The position numbers and the translations under genes were made by a program. A stretch of DNA of 33,663 nucleotides from a virus (lineage: Duplodnaviria > Heunggongvirae > Uroviricota > Caudoviricetes). The stretch covers positions 1 to 33,663 of IMG/VR virus record IMGVR_UViG_3300045988_122351. One strand, 5' to 3'. This document shows, in pieces, positions 18,353 through 27,844 of this stretch; position 1 is the first letter of the stretch; every line of letters starts with the position of its first letter. The notes beneath the pieces are model-generated. The model saw nothing but the letters and a program-made list of their open reading frames with translations. It was not told where the DNA came from and searched no databases.

Positions 18353-18850
18353 TTAAGCCGGTACGCCGCCGGCGGTACGCCAGACGGTGACCAGTTTTTC
18401 CAGTGAATGCTCACGCTGACCGTAACCGGCACCCGGCAGGGACGCCCAGATATTGCGACAGCGTGAAATGGCGCGCTCAATGCGTCCCGCCCGGATGTCA
18501 TCCAGTGCACCGCGTTCGCGGATCAACTGAATGGCGAGCCTGTCCTGTGACAACGGACTGAAATCCGGCAGGGCAAGCTGTTTGCGGTAGTGCGGCCAGA
18601 ACAGGTAAAGCTGCTGATAGCGACCGGAGGCCGTGGATTTTTCACCGCGACGGTTAAACACCTTCGCCGGTCGGCCATGCGCGAACGGGTGGTCACTGTA
18701 GTCGGTGAAAATTTCCGGCTTTCCGTCCAGTCCGGTGACTATCACGTCATAGCCCCGGTTTTTCGTCAGCGGATGATTCGCCGTCCCTTCGGACACGGCC
18801 AGCATGTCGAGAAAGGCGGCGATATTCTGATGCGTGTTAATTACCGGCAT
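18353..18850 (-). CDS. K: Endolysin K (165 aa)
   Basis: 165-aa ORF between holin Y and lysA. Confidence 0.8.
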   Translation of the reverse strand: MPVINTHQNIAAFLDMLAVSEGTANHPLTKNRGYDVIVTGLDGKPEIFTDYSDHPFAHGRPAKVFNRRGEKSTASGRYQQLYLFWPHYRKQLALPDFSPLSQDRLAIQLIRERGALDDIRAGRIERAISRCRNIWASLPGAGYGQREHSLEKLVTVWRTAGGVPA

Positions 18851-19131
18851 TACGGTTTCCCCCTGCCCTTAAAACGGCGCTGAATGGCAATCTCAATCAC
18901 CTGATAACCGGCGATACCCAGCATGGAGCCGATGCCGCACACCGCAGGCAGTGACAGGTCAGGAAACTGCACCAGAACAACACCGGCAACCATCGAGACA
19001 AAACCACCGAGCAACATGCGCCCGATAAACAGACGCGGGGTGATAGGTTCACCACCGGCAAGCACCTTGCCGACAACAATCAGCACCCCAATCATGAAAA
19101 GCGACAGGACGCTTTTTTCTTCTGCTGTCAT
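18850..19131 (-). CDS. Y: Holin Y (93 aa)
   Basis: 93-aa ORF with hydrophobic helices and basic C-terminus (RRFKGRGKP); precedes the endolysin. Confidence 0.8.
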   Translation of the reverse strand: MTAEEKSVLSLFMIGVLIVVGKVLAGGEPITPRLFIGRMLLGGFVSMVAGVVLVQFPDLSLPAVCGIGSMLGIAGYQVIEIAIQRRFKGRGKP

Positions 19132-19134
19132 GCG

Positions 19135-19338
19135 TTACTCCCACAGATTGACAGTTTCAGCCACGGGCGCGGTCTGAACGTCGGGCAGTTCGACGGCGGT
19201 GCCGTGTGGCAGCACCGCCCCCAGTTCAGCCAGTCCCGGATTTGCGGCGAGCACGGCCTCGACCACGCCCTCAGTGCGCCCGTAATAGCGGACACAAATG
19301 GCGTCGAGCGTGTCGCCCTGTAGCGCAAAGGTCTTCAT
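19135..19338 (-). CDS. X: Tail protein X (67 aa)
   Basis: ORF 19135..19407; start at internal Met (MKTFALQGDTLDAICVRYYG...) for 67 aa; ATGA overlap with the L stop. Confidence 0.75.
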   Translation of the reverse strand: MKTFALQGDTLDAICVRYYGRTEGVVEAVLAANPGLAELGAVLPHGTAVELPDVQTAPVAETVNLWE

Positions 19339-19847
19339 CAGATTTGACTCACGATGCAGCGCGGCTTGCCCTGGATGCGCGCCACCGCCCAGCGCATATC
19401 CCGCCACAGCTCATCAATGGTGCTGTCAATGCTGTCAGCCTTCTTGTCGCCTTTCGCACTGGCATCCACGCCGCGATAACGCTCATAAAGCGATGCGGTC
19501 GCCATCGCACACACGGCGCGCTCGTAGTAAAAAACTTTGATGCTTTCACCGTCGATGTCGTCCGCCGGAACGTCCGCCAGACACGTAAAACCGGCGGCAA
19601 TTTTCTGTTCGCGGTATTCGTACAGCTCCGCATTCGTCTCCGCCATGCCTGACTTGATGGCCTCACGCAGACGGGCGGGGGCGACGGTCTGCTCAAGGCG
19701 CATACGTTCCCGGACGCGCTTCGGGTCGATATCGGGAAAAAAGAACGTGTTTTTAATCACCGGCTCGTCGCCTGCCGGTTGCGGGATGACCACCGTCCCC
19801 TCACCGGACACGGGAGCCTCCTTTCGCGGAATAATCAGCGTCATCAT
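19338..19847 (-). CDS. L: Capsid completion protein L (169 aa)
   Basis: ORF 19338..19907; start at MMTLIIPRKEAP... for 169 aa; cat at 19845..19847. Confidence 0.8.
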   Translation of the reverse strand: MMTLIIPRKEAPVSGEGTVVIPQPAGDEPVIKNTFFFPDIDPKRVRERMRLEQTVAPARLREAIKSGMAETNAELYEYREQKIAAGFTCLADVPADDIDGESIKVFYYERAVCAMATASLYERYRGVDASAKGDKKADSIDSTIDELWRDMRWAVARIQGKPRCIVSQI

Positions 19848-19946
19848 GACTACCTCTGAAAAGTCGGGCGGTGGACGCCGGTGCAGTGTCAGGTGATTCA
19901 CCCTCACTGACCGGCGTGCCGCCCTGGCGCGGGGCGCATTCGGTTG

Positions 19947-20690
19947 TTAACTGGCTTTCTTTTTCGGGCGTCCACGTTTTGCCGGTGTCACGCTCCGGGT
20001 CTTACGCGGGACACGGGTGGCCGCTTTGGGCTGCGGCTCCGGCTTCGGTTTCAGCTCCCGCTCCAATCGTTCAATCTCTTTTTTGACGCCTGCCTGACAG
20101 TCGAGCTGTGTCGCACGTTGCAGGTGAGCCAGCGCACCGGCGGCATCACCAGCGTCACGCAGAAACAGACCGGTGATTTTGTGCAGCTTTGCGCGCACTT
20201 CATCAGGCATGTCAGCCGTGGCGGTCAGTTCAAGGGTCTCCGTCAGCAGGCGGATATCCACAGATTCACCGGCAGCGTGAGCGCGCATGGCCGCGAGTGC
20301 GACCTCCTCGGTGAACATGTACGGCGGGGTGCGGCGGTGTTTACCCGGCATGGTCAGACCGTACTTCAGGGCATAACGGGCAATCTCCAGCGCACCGGCA
20401 ATATCGCCGGTATCCAGACGCCACAGCATGACCGTCATCAGAATGTCATCCTGTGCACCTTTGCCCTGCTCCAGCACACCGTTCACCCACGGCAACCAGA
20501 ACGGCAGCAGTTCGCGCTTTTTCGCGGCCTTAAGCTCTTTTGAATAAATCGCTTTCAGTGTGCGCTGGTCTGCGGCCAGCTTGACCAGCATCTGCTCATA
20601 GACAGTTGCATGTCGCAGCGGGGCGGCTTCCCGCTGCGCGGTCATCGCTGCCGAGACCCGCATCATGTGGCGCTGTGCGGGACTCGTCAT
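19947..20690 (-). CDS. M: Terminase small (endonuclease) subunit M (247 aa)
   Basis: 247-aa ORF downstream of N with basic Lys/Arg-rich C-terminal tail. Confidence 0.8.
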   Translation of the reverse strand: MTSPAQRHMMRVSAAMTAQREAAPLRHATVYEQMLVKLAADQRTLKAIYSKELKAAKKRELLPFWLPWVNGVLEQGKGAQDDILMTVMLWRLDTGDIAGALEIARYALKYGLTMPGKHRRTPPYMFTEEVALAAMRAHAAGESVDIRLLTETLELTATADMPDEVRAKLHKITGLFLRDAGDAAGALAHLQRATQLDCQAGVKKEIERLERELKPKPEPQPKAATRVPRKTRSVTPAKRGRPKKKAS

Positions 20691-20693
20691 CGG

Positions 20694-21767
20694 TTACGCT
20701 CCCGGCTCTGCGGTCGCCTTAGCCGGTGTGGAGAAATCACCGACCTTGATTTTTTCCACCAGACAACCGGCGGCGTAGTCTTCCACCACGTAATCAATGT
20801 TCATTGACTCGTAGTTCTCCACGCGGTCGAGTTTCGGGTTTTCCACAATCACGCGGCGATGGCTGTCATCCATGTAGTAGATGGACAGGTTTTCCAGCTT
20901 CGTGATGAGCATCGCATCCGCCGGGAAGTACGGGACGCGTACCGCTGGCAGGTTACCGATGCGTTTCTGGCTGATGATGACGTCAGCAGCCAGCATTTCG
21001 CTGTTATCCTGCTCCCTGTTGACGATGGGGAAATACTTGTCCGCCAGTAGCTGACGCCCCACAATCACCACAAGGTCAGGGTCTTCCTGATACCACGGCT
21101 CAATCAGGTTGTTGGTCGCATCCATCACCAGTGCATCGAGGCTGGCATAATCACCGCCCTTACCCACGCGGATGACCTCAGAGGTGGTGCGGCCTTCCTC
21201 GTCAGTGACCTTGCTCATCACGCGAGCCGGGGCTTCATTGCGGTATTTCTGCAGCCAGCCGACCGCCACATCCTGCAGCATCGGATTGCTGCTGCGGTCA
21301 GAGGTTTCGGCACGCTTCACGCCGTTAAAACCGGCCATGATGAAATCAAGGGACTGACGTTTGATAATGGCGTTACGGACACGGAGCTGGAAATCCTGAT
21401 AACGCGCCCACAGGTCAAGCGTTTTGTAGCGGATATAAAAATCGAAGTTAATCTGGTCGCATTCGTACTTGTTTGACGCCAGCTTCGAGAAGTCCTTCGG
21501 CTGACGCTCGGTGCCACCGGCAGTGTCGGTGGTGCTGGCGATGGAGCCGGTGACACCGATACCAATTTTTTCCCCTTTCATTTCGCTGACCGGCACAATG
21601 TTGATGCGGGTCAGAAAGTCAGAGGACTCCTGCATGGTGTTCATCAGGGTCTGGGTGACCGAAGGTTCAACGGTGAATTTTTTCGACACATCACCGGCGT
21701 CAATGCCGTTCAGTTCGGCAACACGGGACAGGTAGGCATTAAATTTAAAGCGGGTTTCCTGGCGCAT
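20694..21767 (-). CDS. N: Major capsid protein N (357 aa)
   Basis: 357-aa ORF between O and M. Confidence 0.85.
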   Translation of the reverse strand: MRQETRFKFNAYLSRVAELNGIDAGDVSKKFTVEPSVTQTLMNTMQESSDFLTRINIVPVSEMKGEKIGIGVTGSIASTTDTAGGTERQPKDFSKLASNKYECDQINFDFYIRYKTLDLWARYQDFQLRVRNAIIKRQSLDFIMAGFNGVKRAETSDRSSNPMLQDVAVGWLQKYRNEAPARVMSKVTDEEGRTTSEVIRVGKGGDYASLDALVMDATNNLIEPWYQEDPDLVVIVGRQLLADKYFPIVNREQDNSEMLAADVIISQKRIGNLPAVRVPYFPADAMLITKLENLSIYYMDDSHRRVIVENPKLDRVENYESMNIDYVVEDYAAGCLVEKIKVGDFSTPAKATAEPGA

Positions 21768-21825
21768 AGTTTTTCCTGAAATTAAGGGTTAATCGTGAAG
21801 GTTTTCCCGGACTGGCTGACGCCGG

Positions 21826-22680
21826 TCAGCAGTTCGTCATCAGGGCGTCACCGCCACCACCGGTGGCCTTGCTGCGGCGCTGCTGGGTCAGACTTTCGGT
21901 GTGGTCGAGACTGTTTTTCAGGCGGGTGAATGCCTGGCTGGTTTCATCCGCTCTGTCAGTCACCTCCTGCTTAAGTGCGGAAAAGGCGGTTTCCATCTCA
22001 GCGAGGCGCTGCTCAGTGGCACTCAGTTTTTCCTGCACATGTTCAGCAACAGCGGTCACCGCTTCATGCACGTCATTCAGACGGGCGTCATCGCTGGCCT
22101 GTTTGCGGCCAAAAATGGATTTCACCTTTTCGGTCAGGGCGGTGAACACGGTTTCAGGCAGGTCTTCAAACTCCAGCTCAACAGGCGTTGCCACTGAAAT
22201 CAGGTTTTCAGGGCTTAATTTGAAGCGGTTCAGGGGGTTATGTTTTGCCGTGCGGCAGAATTCCAGGTATTCCGTGCCGAGGCTTGCCGGGTCATCGGTG
22301 ACGGCCAGCCCCACCAGATAACATTTGCCGGTGTTGGCAAAGTTCGGCTGAATTTCCATTGAGGTATAGACCTTCTGCGCGGCCTTGTTCATCGCGATAA
22401 GGTCATCGGTCGGGGTGATTTTCGCAAACAGCGCCCATTTGCCTTTCAGCGCCGAATCATCGTCAATCTTTTCGGCCTTCAGTTCGGCCACATCGCCATA
22501 ACGCTTAAAAATACCGTCAGGCAGGATGCCGCGCAGATGTTCCAGGTTAATGCGGCAACCATAGACACGCGGGTCAAAGGTTTCGGCCATTTCCTGAATA
22601 TCCTGCGCACTGATGACACGCCCGTCACAGGTGTCACCCTCAACGCCGATACGAAAGAATTTTGAGACTTTTTTTGCCAT
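21826..22680 (-). CDS. O: Capsid scaffolding protein O (284 aa)
   Basis: ORF 21826..22746; start at MAKKVSKFFRIGVEG... for 284 aa; cat at 22678..22680. Confidence 0.8.
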   Translation of the reverse strand: MAKKVSKFFRIGVEGDTCDGRVISAQDIQEMAETFDPRVYGCRINLEHLRGILPDGIFKRYGDVAELKAEKIDDDSALKGKWALFAKITPTDDLIAMNKAAQKVYTSMEIQPNFANTGKCYLVGLAVTDDPASLGTEYLEFCRTAKHNPLNRFKLSPENLISVATPVELEFEDLPETVFTALTEKVKSIFGRKQASDDARLNDVHEAVTAVAEHVQEKLSATEQRLAEMETAFSALKQEVTDRADETSQAFTRLKNSLDHTESLTQQRRSKATGGGGDALMTNC

Positions 22681-22853
22681 TGTCAGGAGTCCTGAATAGT
22701 GATTAGAGGAGTCACATGTCGGCATCAGTTTCCCGACGATGCGCATCCTCCGCCATCAGTCCCGGATGGCTTATCACTGACACAACAGCACCTTAGCGAA
22801 TCGCGGGGCGCGACTCAGTAGCCTTGCCGTGTATTCATCACGGCGAGGTATTC
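22681..22853. promoter_or_regulatory. Divergent late-promoter region between O and P (expected PO/PP)
   Basis: 173-bp gap between divergently oriented late operons; I could not find a clean TGT-N12-ACA Ogr site by eye, so this is a positional call only. Confidence 0.4.
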
Positions 22854-24626
22854 ATGACCATCACCACAGACACCACTCTTTTACACGACCCGCGTCGTCA
22901 GGCGGCGCTGCTGTACTGGCAGGGGTTTTCCGTGCCGCAGATTGCCGCCATGTTGCAGATGAAACGCCCGACGGTGCAGAGCTGGAAACAGCGCGACGGC
23001 TGGGACAGCGTTGCCCCCATCAGCCGTGTCGAAATGAGTCTGGAAGCGCGGCTGACCCAGCTCATCATCAAACCGCAGAAAACCGGCGGTGACTTCAAGG
23101 AAATTGACCTGCTCGGACGCCAGATTGAACGACTGGCACGGGTAAACCGCTACAACCAGACCGGCAACGAGGCAGACCTTAATCCGAACATCGCTAACCG
23201 CAACAAAGGCGGGCGGCGCAAACCGAAAAAGAATTTTTTCAGCGACGAGGCTATCGAAAAGCTGGAGCAGATTTTCTTTGAGCAGTCTTTCGAATATCAG
23301 TTGCACTGGTATCGCGCCGGGCTTGAGCACCGCATCCGCGATATCCTGAAATCCCGCCAGATTGGCGCGACGTTTTATTTTTCCCGCGAGGCGCTGCTGC
23401 GCGCCCTGAAAACCGGTCATAACCAGATTTTTCTGTCGGCCAGTAAAACGCAGGCGTATGTGTTCCGCGAATACATCATCGCTTTTGCCCGGCTGGTTGA
23501 CGTTGACCTGACCGGTGACCCGATTGTCCTGGGCAATAACGGCGCAAAACTGATTTTTCTCGGCACCAACTCCAACACCGCACAGAGCCATAACGGCGAC
23601 CTGTACGTCGACGAGATTTTCTGGATCCCGAATTTTCAGGTACTGCGTAAGGTGGCATCAGGTATGGCCTCACAGAGTCACCTGCGCTCGACCTATTTCT
23701 CCACCCCGTCCACGCTGGCGCACGACGCCTACCCGTTCTGGTCGGGTGAACTGTTCAACCGGGGACGCGCCAGCGCCGCCGAACGCGTGGAAATCGACGT
23801 CAGTCATAACGCCCTTGCCGGAGGTCTTCTCTGTGCGGACGGCCAGTGGCGGCAGATTGTCACCATTGAGGATGCCCTGAAAGGCGGCTGCACGCTGTTC
23901 GACATTGAGCAGCTCAAACGTGAAAACAGCGCCGACGATTTTAAAAACCTGTTCATGTGTGAATTTGTTGACGACAAGGCATCGGTGTTCCCGTTCGAGG
24001 AGCTGCAACGCTGCATGGTCGACACGCTGGAAGAATGGGAAGACTATGCGCCGTTTGCCGCGAATCCGTTCGGCTCCCGCCCGGTATGGATTGGTTACGA
24101 CCCGTCACACCGTGGCGACAGCGCCGGATGCGTTGTACTGGCACCGCCGGTGGTGGCCGGTGGCAAATTCAGGATCCTTGAGCGTCACCAGTGGAAAGGC
24201 ATGGACTTTGCCACTCAGGCTGAATCCATCCGCAAACTCACCGAAAAATACAACGTCGAATACATCGGAATTGATGCCACCGGCCTCGGTGTCGGCGTGT
24301 TCCAGCTCGTTCGCTCGTTCTATCCCGCCGCGCGCGATATCCGCTACACGCCGGAAATGAAAACCGCAATGGTGCTCAAGGCAAAAGACGTTATCCGTCG
24401 TGGCTGTCTGGAATATGACGTCAGCGCCACCGACATCACCAGCTCGTTTATGGCTATCCGCAAGACCATGACCAGCAGCGGACGCAGCGCCACCTATGAG
24501 GCCAGCCGCAGCGAGGAAGCCAGCCACGCCGACCTCGCCTGGGCGACCATGCACGCCCTGTTAAATGAGCCACTCACCGCCGGTATCAGCACCCCGCTGA
24601 CATCCACCATTCTGGAGTTTTACTGA
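22854..24626 (+). CDS. P: Terminase large (ATPase) subunit P (590 aa)
   Basis: ORF 22824..24626; start at ATG 22854 (MTITTDTTLL...) preceded by GAGGT; 590 aa; divergent from O. Confidence 0.85.
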   Translation: MTITTDTTLLHDPRRQAALLYWQGFSVPQIAAMLQMKRPTVQSWKQRDGWDSVAPISRVEMSLEARLTQLIIKPQKTGGDFKEIDLLGRQIERLARVNRYNQTGNEADLNPNIANRNKGGRRKPKKNFFSDEAIEKLEQIFFEQSFEYQLHWYRAGLEHRIRDILKSRQIGATFYFSREALLRALKTGHNQIFLSASKTQAYVFREYIIAFARLVDVDLTGDPIVLGNNGAKLIFLGTNSNTAQSHNGDLYVDEIFWIPNFQVLRKVASGMASQSHLRSTYFSTPSTLAHDAYPFWSGELFNRGRASAAERVEIDVSHNALAGGLLCADGQWRQIVTIEDALKGGCTLFDIEQLKRENSADDFKNLFMCEFVDDKASVFPFEELQRCMVDTLEEWEDYAPFAANPFGSRPVWIGYDPSHRGDSAGCVVLAPPVVAGGKFRILERHQWKGMDFATQAESIRKLTEKYNVEYIGIDATGLGVGVFQLVRSFYPAARDIRYTPEMKTAMVLKAKDVIRRGCLEYDVSATDITSSFMAIRKTMTSSGRSATYEASRSEEASHADLAWATMHALLNEPLTAGISTPLTSTILEFY

Positions 24627-25660
24627 TGAGCAAGAAAGAAGGGAAAACACCGCAGCCAGCGGCAAAAACAATCACCGCCAGCGCCCCGAAAATGGAAGCA
24701 TTCACCTTTGGCGAGCCGGTGCCGGTACTCGACCGCCGTGACATTCTGGATTACGTCGAATGCATCAGTAACGGCAGATGGTATGAGCCGCCGGTCAGCT
24801 TTACCGGTCTGGCAAAAAGCCTGCGTGCTGCCGTGCATCACAGCTCACCGATTTACGTCAAACGCAATATTCTGGCCTCAACATTTATCCCGCATCCGTG
24901 GCTTTCGCAACAGGATTTCAGCCGCTTTGTGCTGGATTTTCTGGTGTTCGGTAATGCGTTTCTGGAAAAGCGTTACAGCACCACCGGTAAGGTCATCAGA
25001 CTGGAAACCTCACCGGCAAAATATACCCGCCGTGGTGTGGAAGAGGATGTTTACTGGTGGGTGCCGTCCTTCAACGAGCCGACACCTTTCACGCCCGGTT
25101 CCGTGTTTCACCTGCTGGAGCCGGATATTAATCAGGAGCTGTACGGCCTGCCGGAATACCTCAGCGCCCTTAACTCTGCCTGGCTGAATGAGTCGGCCAC
25201 GCTGTTCCGCCGCAAGTATTACGAAAACGGCGCACATGCCGGATACATCATGTACGTCACCGATGCCGTGCAGGATCGCAACGATATCGAAATGCTTCGC
25301 GAAAACATGGTGAAGTCGAAAGGCCGCAACAACTTTAAAAATCTGTTTCTCTATGCCCCACAAGGGAAAGCCGACGGCATTAAAATTATCCCGCTCAGTG
25401 AAGTGGCGACGAAGGACGATTTTTTTAATATCAAAAAAGCCAGTGCCGCAGACCTGCTGGACGCCCACCGCATCCCCTTTCAGTTGATGGGCGGCAAGCC
25501 GGAGAACGTCGGGTCGCTGGGTGATATTGAGAAAGTGGCAAAGGTCTTTGTCCGCAATGAGCTTATCCCGTTACAGGACAGGATCCGAGAGATAAACGGC
25601 TGGCTCGGTCAGGAGGTCATCCGCTTTAAAAACTACTCACTGGACACTGACAACGACTGA
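24626..25660 (+). CDS. Q: Portal protein Q (344 aa)
   Basis: 344-aa ORF whose start overlaps the P stop (ATGA); followed by terminator and cos. Confidence 0.85.
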   Translation: MSKKEGKTPQPAAKTITASAPKMEAFTFGEPVPVLDRRDILDYVECISNGRWYEPPVSFTGLAKSLRAAVHHSSPIYVKRNILASTFIPHPWLSQQDFSRFVLDFLVFGNAFLEKRYSTTGKVIRLETSPAKYTRRGVEEDVYWWVPSFNEPTPFTPGSVFHLLEPDINQELYGLPEYLSALNSAWLNESATLFRRKYYENGAHAGYIMYVTDAVQDRNDIEMLRENMVKSKGRNNFKNLFLYAPQGKADGIKIIPLSEVATKDDFFNIKKASAADLLDAHRIPFQLMGGKPENVGSLGDIEKVAKVFVRNELIPLQDRIREINGWLGQEVIRFKNYSLDTDND

Positions 25661-25664
25661 ACAT

Positions 25665-25687
25665 CGCCGCCTGCGGGCGGCTTTTTT
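25665..25687 (+). terminator. Rho-independent terminator after Q
   Basis: GC-rich hairpin gccgcc / ggcggc (loop tgcg) followed by tttttt at 25682..25687. Confidence 0.7.
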
Positions 25688-25829
25688 ACATCCCGTCATC
25701 ACGCCCTCACACGCTCACCACCGCACAAAACACCCCTTAGACACACCAACGCCCCGACGCACAATCTAAACGCCATCACGACGCGCTCAGACGCTGAAAA
25801 AATAAAATCAGCACCACCGCCAGCGCGCA

Positions 25830-25848
25830 GTGCTTTCCCCGCCTCGCC
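25830..25848. other. cos site (19-nt cohesive-end sequence)
   Basis: gtgctttccccgcctcgcc is the reverse complement of the P2 cohesive end GGCGAGGCGGGGAAAGCAC as I recall it; lies in the noncoding gap next to Q. Confidence 0.75.
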
Positions 25849-25975
25849 CGCCCGCTTCATGGGGCGGTTTTGATGCGGAGACGCCCCTCCCTAAAATAGC
25901 ATGACATCTGACCGCATCTAAAAAAAATAGAGGGTCTAATACAACGCATTTAAATGCAGCTAAAGATGCAAAGAC

Positions 25976-26599
25976 TCATACTAACTTGTCTATTGAAATT
26001 ACAAGCTTTTCGATGAAGTTCTTAACTACTACCATATCATCACCAGTTATGGGCCAAGGCTCACGAGGTGTAATTGGTTGCATGTCACCTTCATGTGCTA
26101 TCTTATTACGTCGATCAACAATCGCATTCAGATTTAATCTCAGTGACTTAGATTCTAAATCGGCATTACTATTCGTAGCACCTTGATCTATTGCAACCTC
26201 TCTCCACAAGGAAATATTTGAAATCAGCCTAATTCCATCAGCAATAGATTCACTGGTTTGATACGTTTGAATCCCAAGTTGTCGCCTAACTTCTAAGTCA
26301 TAAATTTGGTCACGAGTCCAAGCGTTGTTAAAAATATTATTCATAACACTATGGGGCATTGTAAACTTATCGTATTTCTGCGTACTAGCCCTCCTTCCCT
26401 GAAAAATCTCAAGCATCCGCTGCGCGACAAGTTCATGAATATATAAATCTAAAGCAGAAACTCTAGCAACCCACTCAGCTCTCAGAATTTCTCGAGAATC
26501 AAATACACTCGAAAAATTAGTAGAAGTATAAGCATATGTCACAGATAACAAATCACATCTAATCCAAGCACGGTCAAATATCGATTTTGGCGTTGACAT
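25976..26599 (-). CDS. Hypothetical protein with C-terminal HEPN-like R-x4-H motif (207 aa); candidate RNase effector
   Basis: Motif VDRRNKIAHEGD near the C-terminus resembles the RNxxxHE signature of HepT-type HEPN proteins; AT-rich; 3 bp after the upstream ATPase gene. Confidence 0.55.
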   Translation of the reverse strand: MSTPKSIFDRAWIRCDLLSVTYAYTSTNFSSVFDSREILRAEWVARVSALDLYIHELVAQRMLEIFQGRRASTQKYDKFTMPHSVMNNIFNNAWTRDQIYDLEVRRQLGIQTYQTSESIADGIRLISNISLWREVAIDQGATNSNADLESKSLRLNLNAIVDRRNKIAHEGDMQPITPREPWPITGDDMVVVKNFIEKLVISIDKLV

Positions 26600-26602
26600 A
26601 CT

Positions 26603-27646
26603 TCAATCTCTTGTCAGGGCGATAACCCTTTCTGCACAAGTGTCAAATGCAGCAGAAAATACAGTCATATTTTTTTCCGTCTGATCCCAAACAGCGCCTT
26701 TCTGACCAGTCTGTTGGGCTGTCAGTGTGTAGACTGGAACTTGAAATTCCTGAGACATAGCAATCAGACTATTGAAATCAGAGACTTCCATTATTGGGTC
26801 AGAAGGAGGCATCCCTGCTTTTTGCTCAAACTCGACTACATCCAACATATCAAACTCAACAAGTTTCGGGATTAGCAAAGAAATTAAGTTATCTCGAAGT
26901 TCATCAATCCATTTTTGGAAGGCCGCAGATGCCTGACCATTGCGTGGTCTATACTTTTGGACGATAGAACCTATAAATTTCACGTTAGACTCAGGGAATG
27001 GATAGTTAGCATTCTGGAGCAACTCCATTCGTGAAGCCATGTTTGCCCATTGTTTCCATCTTGGTAAAGTACGAGCGAGAGAAGAAAGGGCCATCGACGA
27101 GAAATAATCAGGATGAAGAGGTACGATAAAATAATCTGATGTAGTTAAAATGTTTTGGTTCAATGGCCCCAGGCTCGGGCTCATATCAACAATCACATAA
27201 TCTGCATTTACTTTTTCAGCAGTTAGGTCAAACAAATACCTGATAGAACCAGGAAGGTTTTTAAGTGGTAATAATGACCCCGTTAATTCTTGAGCTACAC
27301 CTAATGTAGTTTCATACTCAGAAAGCCCAATATGGCCGGCAAGAAGATGCAAGTTTGCATTACCCTCGATATCAAACACTTCTGCAGGTTCAATCGCACT
27401 TGGTTTAGACTCAAAAGCAGGAGAAAGGGCGTCACGAATATTATTGGCTACTGGTTGATTATAAATCTGTTCTAAATCCGCAATGCCTCTAAATCCAAGA
27501 ATCATTCCGGTAAGATTACATTGTGGATCACAATCAGCTAGCAAAACCTTATGACCTTTCTCAGCCAACTTCCAACCTAAGTTAAACGCAGTAGTAGTTT
27601 TACTTACTCCACCCTTATGATTAAACAAACAGATTACCTTCGCCAT
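26603..27646 (-). CDS. ParA/MinD-family P-loop ATPase with C-terminal extension (347 aa)
   Basis: Deviant Walker A KGGVSKTT at residues 11-18, DCDPQCN motif, Walker B-like YVIVDMSP; about 100 extra C-terminal residues; no adjacent ParB-like gene. Confidence 0.75.
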   Translation of the reverse strand: MAKVICLFNHKGGVSKTTTAFNLGWKLAEKGHKVLLADCDPQCNLTGMILGFRGIADLEQIYNQPVANNIRDALSPAFESKPSAIEPAEVFDIEGNANLHLLAGHIGLSEYETTLGVAQELTGSLLPLKNLPGSIRYLFDLTAEKVNADYVIVDMSPSLGPLNQNILTTSDYFIVPLHPDYFSSMALSSLARTLPRWKQWANMASRMELLQNANYPFPESNVKFIGSIVQKYRPRNGQASAAFQKWIDELRDNLISLLIPKLVEFDMLDVVEFEQKAGMPPSDPIMEVSDFNSLIAMSQEFQVPVYTLTAQQTGQKGAVWDQTEKNMTVFSAAFDTCAERVIALTRD

Positions 27647-27844
27647 TATGCAACGCCCTTAACCGACAGATGTGTAGTACCCCATCATAGAACGTATATT
27701 CTGCCACAGCCAGTGAATTAAAACTAAACCTGTAAAGTGTCAGATATTCACATTCATCAGATTCTAAGTTTTATCTTACGTCCACCGCGATTTAGGAAGA
27801 TTTTCGGATTTTATCAAATTGTATGATGATACAACGTTATGCGA

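Noticed and set aside
17959-18510. 183-aa minus-strand ORF overlapping lysA and K
   Set aside because: Alternate frame across two well-supported genes; Gly/Arg/Cys-rich shadow frame.
22881-24554. Minus-strand ORFs 22881..23591, 23670..24008 and 24105..24554 inside the terminase gene
   Set aside because: Antisense to P; no support.
26603-27646. ParA-like ATPase as a plasmid-type partition system
   Set aside because: No ParB-like partner and no centromere-like repeats are visible, and the phage integrates via Int. Deprioritised, not excluded.
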